DNA of 64,000 nt, from assembly GCA_963664325.2 (NCBI GenBank), contig CAXXDQ010000004.1, forward strand, positions 224,001 to 288,000, read 5' to 3'. This document shows, one piece after another, positions 10,251 to 19,781 of this stretch (position 1 is its first letter; every line of letters begins with the position of its first letter). A program made the translations under genes and the position numbers. The DNA comes from Desulfomonilia bacterium (lineage in GTDB: Bacteria; Desulfobacterota; Desulfomonilia; UBA1062). Under the pieces are notes generated by a model. That model was given only the letters and a program-made list of their open reading frames with translations. It ran no database searches and had not been told where the DNA came from.

Positions 10251-11474
10251 TCAGGCCTCTTTTCTTTTCTTAAGATCCAGCGCGGCCTTCAGGCCTTTTT
10301 CGCGTATCACCTTTATCTTGAGCCCGGTCTCGGTCAGCCTGAAAAAGCGTTTGCCGTATTTTCTGAGCAGCCTTTCATTGATCTCAAAACCGAGCCCCGG
10401 TTTTCTGAACGGCTCCAGCATGGCGTTTTTATCAGGTATGATCGGCGCGATTATCCCTTCCCTGAATTCCGGAATCCATGAAGGCTCCTCGAGCGGGTAT
10501 TCAAGCGGCAGCATATTTCCCGGGTCGGCCAGCACCATGTTCCAGTTCACATAAAAACCGATGCCGTTCGTCCATGTGTGCGGGGAATATTCCCGGCCCT
10601 TTTCCCTGCAGGCGTCGATAACTTTTTTCACCTGCGCGATGCCGCCTGCAAAAGTGGCGTCGGGCTGATATACATGGAAGCAGTCCTTTTCGAGCATTAT
10701 CTTTATCTCGTCCCACCCGTAATTGAGTTCGGCGCCGGAGATTTTTATCCGCGAAACCTTTTTAAGCGCCGCATTGGCATCATAATCACGCGACTCAAGC
10801 GGCTCCTCAAGCCAGACAAGGCCGTTGGCATGGCAGGCCTCGGCAAATTCGATTGCGCGCTTTAAATCCCAGTTGGGAATCTTGTCAACAATTGAAACAG
10901 GCCATCCCTGGTTGGCATCCACACCCAGACGCATTTTATCCCCGAGCCCCTTTGAAACGGTTTCTATATGGCGGATGTCGTCCTTGAGCTCCCTGTTTTT
11001 CACCCTCAGCTTGGCGGTCCTGTAGCCGCGCTCTTTCATGGCCAGAAGTTCGTCAATTCTTTTGTGAGGATCGTGCATCTCTCCGGTCGAGCAGTACACC
11101 TCTATCGGCCGTGCGGCCCCGCCCAGCAGCTCGTAAACGGGCTTTCCCTGAGCCTTGCCCATGATATCCCAGCATGCGGGCTCTATCCAGAAGTTGCGCC
11201 AGCCCAGAATGCCCGCCTGCTTGAGCAGGTCCTGGGCCCGTTCTATATCGGTCGGATCGGCACCCATAAGGTATGAGCCCAGCAGATCTCCCAGGCCTTC
11301 GCGCTCATGGCCCATGGCCGAGCCTGCGCCGTAGCCCTCGATGCCGTCATCGGTTATCAGCTTGATCAGGGTAAACCTGTTGTGGGTCTGCGGATAGCCT
11401 GGAATCCAGGTCGGCCAGAAGGTGGCCTTCAGCGGAACGGATACATGCCACAGTTCGATGATCTTGATTTTCAT
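10251..11474 (-). CDS. Mandelate racemase/muconate lactonizing (enolase superfamily) enzyme
   Basis: KLR, VDANQG, WLEEP, GAE, QPD...GG, PHTW. Confidence 0.85.
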   Translation of the reverse strand: MKIKIIELWHVSVPLKATFWPTWIPGYPQTHNRFTLIKLITDDGIEGYGAGSAMGHEREGLGDLLGSYLMGADPTDIERAQDLLKQAGILGWRNFWIEPACWDIMGKAQGKPVYELLGGAARPIEVYCSTGEMHDPHKRIDELLAMKERGYRTAKLRVKNRELKDDIRHIETVSKGLGDKMRLGVDANQGWPVSIVDKIPNWDLKRAIEFAEACHANGLVWLEEPLESRDYDANAALKKVSRIKISGAELNYGWDEIKIMLEKDCFHVYQPDATFAGGIAQVKKVIDACREKGREYSPHTWTNGIGFYVNWNMVLADPGNMLPLEYPLEEPSWIPEFREGIIAPIIPDKNAMLEPFRKPGLGFEINERLLRKYGKRFFRLTETGLKIKVIREKGLKAALDLKKRKEA

Positions 11475-11614
11475 AGTAACATCCTCCTGAAAATACGTAT
11501 AATATACACTGGAAAATTTTTATAAAGTTATTTTCCTTGGATTAAGTAATATATTCTTATATGGTTTGAGAATTCAATTTATGCCGTCTGGCAAAAAACA
11601 TGGGAGGTGAATGT

Positions 11615-12946
11615 ATGCTGTCATGCAAAAGCAAGAATGATGTCTTTGCTGCCGTAAAGGAGTTTAATGTAAGCTTCATACAGTTCTGGTTCACCGATGT
11701 CCTGGGCAGGCTCAAGAGCTTCAGCGTCACGCCGTCCGAGCTCGAAGAGGGCATGGAAGAGGGCATGGGATTCGACGGTTCTTCCATTGAGGGTTTCGCC
11801 CGCATCCAGGAAAGCGACATGATTGCAAAAGCCGACCCGGAAACCTTTCAGCTCATTGCATGGCGGCAGTTTGACAGACCTGTTGCGAGGATGTTCTGCG
11901 ATATAGTAAATCCAGACGGCAAGCCATATGACGGATGTCCCCGCTGGGCTTTGAAGCGGATACTGAAAAAGGCTTCGTCAATGGGATACAAGGTCCTGAT
12001 GGGCCCGGAGCTTGAATACTTCTACTTTGCCAGCGAAAAGAATCCCGAGACCATAGACAAGGCCGGCTATTTTGACGGTCTGCCCATCGACCTGGGCATT
12101 GACATCAGGCGCGATACTATATTCGCCCTGCAGAAAATGGGGATAGAGGTCGAATACAGCCACCACGAGGTAGCGCCTTCACAGCACGAGATCGATCTCA
12201 AATACAGGGAAGCGCTTGTAATGGCGGATATCGTCATGACCTACCGGACAACGGTAAAGGAGATCGCCCGGCAGAAAGGCGTCTATGCCACGTTCATGCC
12301 GAAGCCCATTTTCGGGGAAAACGGCTCTGGCATGCACGTCCACCAGTCGCTTTTCAAGGATGGCAAAAACGCGTTTTTCGAAGAAAAGGATAAGTACCAC
12401 CTCTCGACAGTCGGCAAGCAGTACATAGCGGGAATCCTTACCCACGCGCCTGAGATTACCGCCGTCTGCAACCAGTGGATCAACTCGTACAAAAGGCTTG
12501 TCCCAGGCTATGAGGCACCTGTATATGTGTCATGGGCGCGCCGGAACCGTTCGGCCATGGTAAGGGTTCCCATGTACAAGCCAGGCAAGGCCAACGCCAC
12601 CCGCATGGAATACCGCTCGCCCGACCCCGCCTGCAACCCGTATCTTGCATTTGCGGTAATGCTCGCCGCAGGCCTCAAGGGCATTGAAGGCAAATACAAA
12701 CTCCCGGCCCCTGTCGAGGAGGACATCTTTGAAATGGATGAAGAGGAACGCACCAAAGCAGGCATCATCTCGCTGCCGGGCAGCCTGCATGAGGCTGTCT
12801 GCGAACTGCAGAAGAGCAAGCTCGTCCGCGAAACCCTTGGAGACCACATTTTCAATAAATTCATAGAAAACAAAAAAAAGGAATGGGACGCATTCAGAAC
12901 CCATGTAAGCAGGTTCGAGATAGAAAACTACCTGCCGGTGCTGTAA
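11615..12946 (+). CDS. glnA: Glutamine synthetase type I
   Basis: FDGSSIEGF, HHEVAPSQHEI, FMPKPIFGENGSGMHVH, NSYKRLVPGYEAP; start placed at the ATG after GGAGG. Confidence 0.9.
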   Translation: MLSCKSKNDVFAAVKEFNVSFIQFWFTDVLGRLKSFSVTPSELEEGMEEGMGFDGSSIEGFARIQESDMIAKADPETFQLIAWRQFDRPVARMFCDIVNPDGKPYDGCPRWALKRILKKASSMGYKVLMGPELEYFYFASEKNPETIDKAGYFDGLPIDLGIDIRRDTIFALQKMGIEVEYSHHEVAPSQHEIDLKYREALVMADIVMTYRTTVKEIARQKGVYATFMPKPIFGENGSGMHVHQSLFKDGKNAFFEEKDKYHLSTVGKQYIAGILTHAPEITAVCNQWINSYKRLVPGYEAPVYVSWARRNRSAMVRVPMYKPGKANATRMEYRSPDPACNPYLAFAVMLAAGLKGIEGKYKLPAPVEEDIFEMDEEERTKAGIISLPGSLHEAVCELQKSKLVRETLGDHIFNKFIENKKKEWDAFRTHVSRFEIENYLPVL

Positions 12947-12985
12947 AAAACAAAAGCGGGACAGGTTCCGGCCTGTCCCGTCCGC
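12946..12985. terminator. Hairpin downstream of glnA
   Basis: GGGACAGG-ttccgg-CCTGTCCC stem-loop; A-run on the left gives a U-tract on the minus strand. Confidence 0.55.
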
Positions 12986-13166
12986 ATCGATATCATCCGC
13001 CATCCCTTTAACGGGCGGGTTTCTGAAAACATTGATTTAGTGTCCTTCTGGATATGTGGCTGATAAGGTATTTCGCACCATTTTATCAGGATTTTCCCCC
13101 TTGTTAATATATGCGGAACCCCCGATAGTAATAATCAAGTTTTTTACCCAAAAGTAACCTCCTTCC

Positions 13167-13200
13167 AGCCAGGCGCCTATAAGCCTGGCTATTTTTTTAT
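13167..13200 (+). terminator. Intrinsic terminator-like hairpin in an intergenic region
   Basis: AGCCAGGC-gcctataa-GCCTGGCT followed by ATTTTTTT. Confidence 0.6.
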
Positions 13201-13421
13201 CTACTCATCCTCCCCACATACACCTCGGAATACTTCCTTATGCTCACCAAAATTCCTGATACACTCATCCACAAGCGGCCTGTTTACCTTCAGTGTATCT
13301 TGGAGTCAGGTCCTGTTATTTGCTTACTATCCTCATTCAGTCGTTTAATGTGCCTGCTTATCGTCAAGGGTTTTTCATTATCAAGTCATGTGCCCCTTTC
13401 GCGTAATTGGGGGAGGGTATT

Positions 13422-14150
13422 TCAGAAAAACCGGCCCTTTACCAGGGCGTGTCCAAGTACAAAAAAACACAGCGCATCGATCACCGAGAAGATGCCGACA
13501 CCGGCCCAGGCCCAGGTCGTCAGCTGAACATTCAGCACACGGGTTTTCTCGTGGAGGGTATCGGCAATATCGTCCGTCCGTTTGCGGACATACAGGTAGG
13601 CGGCCAGTACCGCAAGCATGGGAAGCGCATAACCGATGTTATAGAGCAGAATATTTATGATTGCGCCATGGATGCTCAAACGAAGCGCTGCATACTTTCC
13701 AAGGGCAATTATATACGGGATGGAAAGAGGAAATGATGATACGGAAATAAACGCCCCGAGGCCAAAGGCGAAAAAGCCGTTCATGGACTTCAGTTTTGAT
13801 ACTATTAGATTCTGGGAGCGGCCCGGAGGTGCATGCCTTTTTTTGCGGAAATACCAGACCCCGATGAGAATCATTATAATACCGGAAATAAGCTCAGACT
13901 GATAATATACAGAATTCGGAATGTTTTGCGTTGAAGGGAAATACCTGCCAAGGATCAGGTGCAGCTGGTCAAGCGCCAGATAACCTCCGACGCCGCATGC
14001 AAAGTAAGCCCCGCTCAAACCGGCAAGGTAAGAGAGACTGTTTCGTAACGGCCTTATGGTTGTAAGCAGCAGAACAAATATAATGATTTGTTGCGTTGTG
14101 GAAAGGCTGTCGAACAAGGATAGCGACAAAGTGAATGGAATCGTACTCAT
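13422..14150 (-). CDS. Integral membrane protein, GAP/LysE-translocator-like
   Basis: About 6 hydrophobic segments; FDS.S near the N-terminus; 'PYIIAL' and 'LYNIGYALP'. Confidence 0.6.
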   Translation of the reverse strand: MSTIPFTLSLSLFDSLSTTQQIIIFVLLLTTIRPLRNSLSYLAGLSGAYFACGVGGYLALDQLHLILGRYFPSTQNIPNSVYYQSELISGIIMILIGVWYFRKKRHAPPGRSQNLIVSKLKSMNGFFAFGLGAFISVSSFPLSIPYIIALGKYAALRLSIHGAIINILLYNIGYALPMLAVLAAYLYVRKRTDDIADTLHEKTRVLNVQLTTWAWAGVGIFSVIDALCFFVLGHALVKGRFF

Positions 14151-14474
14151 AATTGGTCTGTGCCGACAATTTTTACTATCTAAGGTCAAGAAAAGCAACT
14201 GATCAGTAAAAGAACTTCCGGGCATGATTAAGACCTGTTATCATATCGTTTCATATTCGTAATGCAAACATCGTATCAGCTCGGGCAGTACGGCCCTTTC
14301 TGCAGGAGCCCCAAGCTGCCGTCATTCGCCATCCTGCCCGCATGCTCCTCAGGATATCAACCATCTCTTTCCCGAACATGCCATAGCCGGTGAGACACTT
14401 TTCAGGATCAGCGGAACTGCCTTGTGTTCAGATATCTCTTGCCCTTTGGGAAAAGCCGCTTTATTTAACACTTC

Positions 14475-14726
14475 ATGGATTTCAGAACCTACAAATGCGC
14501 ATGGTGCGCTTTGAATGCCGGGCCTGTTGAAAAGTGCGCGGCATGCCCAAAATATATCAAGATAACTGGCAATAATGGCCGCCAGCTTTTTGCTTCCGAT
14601 TTCTGCAGCATATGCATCAACCGGGACAATGAAGACCTGAAAATATACTGTGAGAGAAACCGCTTTTTCCAGCGGGAGCCTGTTCCCGGTGAAGACTTCG
14701 ACTGTTACAAATACCGTCCCGGATGA
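14475..14726 (+). CDS. Small Cys-rich (8 Cys) metal-binding hypothetical protein
   Basis: Three CxxC pairs plus two more Cys; ATGA overlap with the NUDIX gene. Confidence 0.6.
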   Translation: MDFRTYKCAWCALNAGPVEKCAACPKYIKITGNNGRQLFASDFCSICINRDNEDLKIYCERNRFFQREPVPGEDFDCYKYRPG

Positions 14727-15142
14727 ATGCCCGAGATATGAAGGAAACGCATGTCATAACTGTTTTCCTTATACACCGGGGAAAGATCGCCCTCCTCAGA
14801 AGAAGCGATAAAGTCGGCACGTACAAAGGCTGCTTCTCAGGTATAAGCGGCTATCTAGAAGGTGATCCTGACGAGCATTTCCGGACCGAACTGAGGGAGG
14901 AAACCGCTCTTCAGCCGGAAGATTACATACTGCTGAAAAAAGGAGGCCCTGTCAGGGTGATCGATGAGAACCTGGGTAAGACATGGGTGGTTCATCCATA
15001 CCTGTGCGAGGTCAGGGACCCTTCAAAAATAAAACTTGACTGGGAAAATACCGAACTCATATGGATCGATCCCCGGGATATGGCGGATTATGACACGGTG
15101 CCCGCACTGAAAGAGGCCTTTGACGAGGTTTTTGCCGCATGA
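14723..15142 (+). CDS. NUDIX hydrolase
   Basis: SGYLEG...ELREET Nudix box; KLDWEN. Confidence 0.82.
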   Translation: MNARDMKETHVITVFLIHRGKIALLRRSDKVGTYKGCFSGISGYLEGDPDEHFRTELREETALQPEDYILLKKGGPVRVIDENLGKTWVVHPYLCEVRDPSKIKLDWENTELIWIDPRDMADYDTVPALKEAFDEVFAA

Positions 15143-15233
15143 CCAGCAGGTGTTTTTTCTCCCCGAACTATGTGTTGATGGTTTTAAGAAAAATAAGTGT
15201 ATAATATGCATCAATATTTCATTTGAGGTGTGT

Positions 15234-16709
15234 ATGAACATATACGGTTTTGTTGAAGAGAACTTCAAGCTGAGACCAGATAAGACCGCCATAATGACAA
15301 AAGACCGGGAAATTTCCTATGCCGAGCTGACAACCCTGACAAGAACCCTTGGAACAAAGCTGAGAAAGGCCGGCATAGACTTCGGCGACCACATTACACT
15401 CATGCTCCCCAACATACCGGAATTCATCATTTCCTATATGGCCACCGCAGGCATCGGGGCGACCATTGTTCCCGTGAACCCGACATACACGTCAAGGGAG
15501 CTTCTTCATATCCTCTCTGACTCCGATTCAAAGGCCCTGATTATCGAGGCGTCAAACATTGACACCTATCTTGAAGCCAGGGAAAAACATCCGCTTAAAA
15601 TTATAATTACAACCGGGGAGAACGGAAATTTCAATGAATGGATTACCGGCAGCAGCCAGCCGATACTTGTTGAAACCGATAAGGATGATGTGGCGTCAAT
15701 GGTCTATTCCTCGGGGCTTACGGGTTATCCTATGGGCGCCCAGCTCACCCACAGGAACCTCGACCACAATTCGGGGCTCATGGAAAGGCATTATAACGGG
15801 ACTGACAAAGAAATGTCCCTCACCGTCATCCCATGCTTTCACTCGTTCAGCGCCAGCATAAACATGCTCAGCCTCTTAAGGCTTGGCGGCACGGTGTATC
15901 TCATGAAAAGGCCGGACTTCAAGGAGATGTGCCAGGCCATAAGCCATGCCGGAATCACGAACATCAGCGCCGTCCCGACACTCTACTTCGGCCTTGTAAA
16001 CCATCCGGATGTCCAGAATATCTCCTATCCGGATATCCGGTTTCTCATAGCCGGGGGCTCTGCCCTTTCCATGGAGATATACAACGCCTTCAAGGAAAAG
16101 ACCGGCCTTGAGATAATGCAGGGATACGGCATAACAGAGGCATCCCCCGTTTGCTCGGTCAACAGGATATACGGCATCAACAAGCCGGAGTCGATAGGAC
16201 CGCCGGTTTACGATGTTGAAGCAAGAATCATTGACGAAAACGGCAATATCCTGCCCCCCGGAGAGCATGGCGAGATCCTCTTCAAAGGGCCCAATATCAT
16301 GAAGGGCTATTACAAGAGGCCTGCGGAAACAGCGGAAATAATCAAGGACGGCTGGCTCCACACGGGAGACCTGGGCTATCTGGATAAAGACGGCTACGTA
16401 TATATTAACGGATACAAAAAGGATATGATCATTACTTCGGGATTCAATGTCTACTGCAGGGAAGTCCAAAATGTACTTGAAGAAATGCCAGGGATAAAGG
16501 ATTCGGCTATAACCGGCGTACCCGACCTGATGCGCGGGGCCGTTATCAAGGCATATGTCGTCAGCGACAATTCCAACCTGACCGATAATGAGGTAAAACT
16601 ATACGCCAGAAAGCGCCTTGCCCCGTACAAGACCCCGAGGATAGTCGTATTTGTGGACAAAATCCCAAGGGATGAAAAAGGCAAACCCCAATTTCAAATG
16701 ATGCCTTAG
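15234..16709 (+). CDS. Long-chain acyl-CoA synthetase (AMP-forming) family protein
   Basis: GYGITEAS, GWLHTGDLG, YKTPR; atypical P-loop YSSGLTGYPMG; start at the ATG after GAGG. Confidence 0.85.
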   Translation: MNIYGFVEENFKLRPDKTAIMTKDREISYAELTTLTRTLGTKLRKAGIDFGDHITLMLPNIPEFIISYMATAGIGATIVPVNPTYTSRELLHILSDSDSKALIIEASNIDTYLEAREKHPLKIIITTGENGNFNEWITGSSQPILVETDKDDVASMVYSSGLTGYPMGAQLTHRNLDHNSGLMERHYNGTDKEMSLTVIPCFHSFSASINMLSLLRLGGTVYLMKRPDFKEMCQAISHAGITNISAVPTLYFGLVNHPDVQNISYPDIRFLIAGGSALSMEIYNAFKEKTGLEIMQGYGITEASPVCSVNRIYGINKPESIGPPVYDVEARIIDENGNILPPGEHGEILFKGPNIMKGYYKRPAETAEIIKDGWLHTGDLGYLDKDGYVYINGYKKDMIITSGFNVYCREVQNVLEEMPGIKDSAITGVPDLMRGAVIKAYVVSDNSNLTDNEVKLYARKRLAPYKTPRIVVFVDKIPRDEKGKPQFQMMP

Positions 16710-16713
16710 CATT

Positions 16714-17649
16714 ATGAACTGCTCGCTGTGCCCACATAAGTGCGGGGCCGACAGAACATCGGAAAAAGGCCTGTGCGGTTCAACAAACAGCATGCGAGTT
16801 TCCGCCGTCGTCATCCACAGAGGCGAGGAGCCTCCGCTGGTGACAGGGGCCGGTTCCGGCGCCGTGTTTTTTTCAGGCTGTCCCTTGAAATGCCCTTACT
16901 GCCAGAACAGGCAGATCAGCCATGGCAATTGGGGATGCGCCATAACCCCGGAAAGGCTTTCATCATACCTGCTCGAGCTTCAGGACATGGGCTGCTCAAA
17001 CATCAACCTCGTCACGCCCGCCCATCATGCAGACGGACTGATTATTTCTCTTGAGGCGGCAAAAAAGGACGGCCTTATTATCCCGGTCATGCTGAATTCG
17101 AGCGGCTATGAAACTGTTGAGACGCTCGAAAAGCTTCTGCCTTACATTGAGATTTATCTAATGGATATCAGATACGGAAGCAACCAATCAGGGGTTTACA
17201 TCGGAAAAATACCCGGCTACTGGGATACGGCGATGGATGCCGTTGAATTCGCATGGCAGAAAAAAGGCCCGCTCAAGCTTGATATAAACGGTTGCGCGGT
17301 GTCCGGCCTGATTGTGAGGCATCTCCTTCTGCCGGGCCTGCTGTCAGACCCATTGAGCGTGCTCGATTTCCTCGCATGCCTTTCACTGAAGATCCCTGTC
17401 AGCCTTCTGGCCCAGTACAATCCGGGTTTTTATACAGGCGATATTGCAGAAATGAAGCGGTGCGTAACACAGGAAGAATACCGGTCAGTGTTGAACTGGG
17501 CCATGGAGCTTGGTTTTGAAACAATCTATTCTCAGGAGGTCGATTCATCAGAGAACTATGCGCCGGATTTCAGAAATCTCCACCCCTTTGGAGACGGCAT
17601 CAACCTTCTGCTGAGAGATAATTTCCTTATGGATGGATCACTGTCCTGA
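16714..17649 (+). CDS. Radical SAM protein, PflX-like (PFL-activating-enzyme-related)
   Basis: N-terminal CSLCPHKC, HRGEEPP, FFSGCPLKCPYCQN, NINLVTP, GLIVRHLLLPG. Confidence 0.85.
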   Translation: MNCSLCPHKCGADRTSEKGLCGSTNSMRVSAVVIHRGEEPPLVTGAGSGAVFFSGCPLKCPYCQNRQISHGNWGCAITPERLSSYLLELQDMGCSNINLVTPAHHADGLIISLEAAKKDGLIIPVMLNSSGYETVETLEKLLPYIEIYLMDIRYGSNQSGVYIGKIPGYWDTAMDAVEFAWQKKGPLKLDINGCAVSGLIVRHLLLPGLLSDPLSVLDFLACLSLKIPVSLLAQYNPGFYTGDIAEMKRCVTQEEYRSVLNWAMELGFETIYSQEVDSSENYAPDFRNLHPFGDGINLLLRDNFLMDGSLS

Positions 17650-17759
17650 CAGGCTTATCATGAGCCGCAAATTTCATCGCGCCTTTATCAATACAGCCAT
17701 TACTTAAACCTGCAAACTGCCTTTAGGACAACAAATCCGGCCTGTGTCCGCATTCATTT

Positions 17760-18116
17760 TCAAGCTGCGCAAAGCCTGCTGTAATGTTTGCATATGATCT
17801 TTTCAAAACTCGATATGTCTGAGGCGCTCAGGCACATTTTTACTGTCCCGTAATTCTCCTCTACAACCCAAACTCTTCCCAGTTCATCCAGATAAACCCC
17901 CTTTACGTTGTCATCGAGCATACTGTTCCATCTGGGATCGCCCGAAATTTCTGTCAGGCCAAGTTCGGCCATGACCCGTTTTGAAAGCCCGCCTATGGAC
18001 CAGTCCCTCCACAGGGACGAGATATCGAATCTCAAAGAGTCTTCGTATATGTCTCTCCGTGCTTTTTCTATCGCATTTACTCTGTCTGTATATATATTTT
18101 CATCATAATGGCCCAT
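17760..18116 (-). CDS. Hypothetical protein
   Basis: 118-aa ORF with RBS AGGGGGTG; no recognisable motif. Confidence 0.6.
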   Translation of the reverse strand: MGHYDENIYTDRVNAIEKARRDIYEDSLRFDISSLWRDWSIGGLSKRVMAELGLTEISGDPRWNSMLDDNVKGVYLDELGRVWVVEENYGTVKMCLSASDISSFEKIICKHYSRLCAA

Positions 18117-18488
18117 CGTTCACCCCTTTTAAATTTTAATAACGGTTTTATATGGTCTGAGATTAGAAATTATCTGTAAGGCCGGGATAAAATAACGGTT
18201 AATTATCCATGAACCGGTTTTAATTTTTTAAACCGGAAAGTCCTGGCATAAGCCTCCTGCCGGATGCTTTTGCATAGACCTTGAGTTGAATGTCAATTCC
18301 CCGGCGTACAAGTTCACAGGGGCGTTCGGGACTTACCTCAAGAATGGCCTTCTGTCTGAAAAAGCGGTGCAAGGCAGATACAATATGCCTGTCAGTATTG
18401 TTATTGCGGCAGATTAAGGAATAACGGCGATGTATTGCTTTCTTTCCTCAAGGATAAATTCTTTTTATATAAACCGCCGTTTCCGTTT

Positions 18489-19607
18489 TTAAGTCTTCAT
18501 CCCGAAAAGGAAGCGCAGAAAGCTTATACGCCTGACAATGAGTTCATAAATCATCATGATTGTCGTGAATGACAGGGCGGCGAGCAGCAGGTATTTGACG
18601 AACAGACCTATGTTCAGACTGATCAGGAAATAGGCGATGATCACTATCACGGTCTGATGCAGTATGTAAAATGGAAGCACTGCTTCGTTTGCGTGATCAA
18701 GAAATCTGTTTGAAAAATTCAGAAAAGCCTTGCCCCATCCCAGAATGGCGCACAGCCAGCACCATGAATTGAACGCCCTCAATAAAGCAAAAAGCGGAGA
18801 ACGGTCGGGTCTTCCTGAAGTTAAAATCAGATATCCGGCGACGGTCGCCATTGCCGCCAGAATAAGGGACACTGATTTATACTTTTTCATGGCGTCCGTA
18901 AAACCCTGTCCGTACGCGGTCATGAAACCAATAATGAAAAAGACAAGGTATGTCAGCGGACTCCAGCCTCCGAAATCACGCATGCCCACGCCCTTTGGCT
19001 GGAGATTTACCAGCATCTCCATTAGAGCAACCGGGATAAAAAATAAATATAAGCCTCCGGGCTTTAAAGACATAGCCGACAGCCGCGACATGAAACTCCC
19101 GGCAGGCTCCGATTTTAGGAATCTGAACAGCGGGAGCATCATTATCGAGAATAAAAGAAGCATTTCAAGATACCAGAGATGAAGTCCCATCCAGGCAAAA
19201 TTGCCTCCAAAGGCGTAAAATCCGTCAAAGTAATGCGGGATGAAATCGATCAGGGAGCCCTTGAACCGCCCGGTAGTTATCCGTTCAATATAAACCTGCG
19301 GGGAAGCCAGAAACAGCATCCCGAAAACCAGAGGAATCCCCAGCCTCTTCAGCCTCTCTTTTAAGAAAAGGTTGTTTGATCTTTTGTCTAGGGCATACCA
19401 TATTGACAATGCCGACAGGATAAAGAAAAGCGGCATTATCCACTGGCCGAGTACTGTAACAAAAACACTGAAACCGAAAGAGGTCTGGGGATTCTTCACA
19501 TGCCATCCGTCTAAATCGAAAAACCTTGCGCAGTGGAAAAAGAAGATTGTAAGCATGGCCAGAACTCTCAGCCAGTCAACATATAATTTTCTATCCTGTT
19601 CACCCAT
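18489..19607 (-). CDS. Acyltransferase-3 family membrane protein (OpgC/MdoC-like)
   Basis: DWLRV, MPLFFILS, RLKRLGIP, HLWYL, YILHQ. Confidence 0.85.
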   Translation of the reverse strand: MGEQDRKLYVDWLRVLAMLTIFFFHCARFFDLDGWHVKNPQTSFGFSVFVTVLGQWIMPLFFILSALSIWYALDKRSNNLFLKERLKRLGIPLVFGMLFLASPQVYIERITTGRFKGSLIDFIPHYFDGFYAFGGNFAWMGLHLWYLEMLLLFSIMMLPLFRFLKSEPAGSFMSRLSAMSLKPGGLYLFFIPVALMEMLVNLQPKGVGMRDFGGWSPLTYLVFFIIGFMTAYGQGFTDAMKKYKSVSLILAAMATVAGYLILTSGRPDRSPLFALLRAFNSWCWLCAILGWGKAFLNFSNRFLDHANEAVLPFYILHQTVIVIIAYFLISLNIGLFVKYLLLAALSFTTIMMIYELIVRRISFLRFLFGMKT

Positions 19608-19781
19608 TCGGCAAAAGTGCTATATTTTAAATCCGATGTCAATTTCAAAGATACCTGCTTTAAAGGCATTTGACGTATTTAAATTCGGATTTGATGAGCC
19701 GGACCCTGCCGCCACTTACGTACCTGCTTTATGTGCAAGCGTCTGCCCGGCGATATTCAATTAATTTCTGCAGGTTCCATC

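Noticed and set aside
16714-17649. Radical SAM protein as maturase of the Cys-repeat peptide
   Set aside because: PflX-like, with no SPASM Cys motif or RRE, and 10 kb away.
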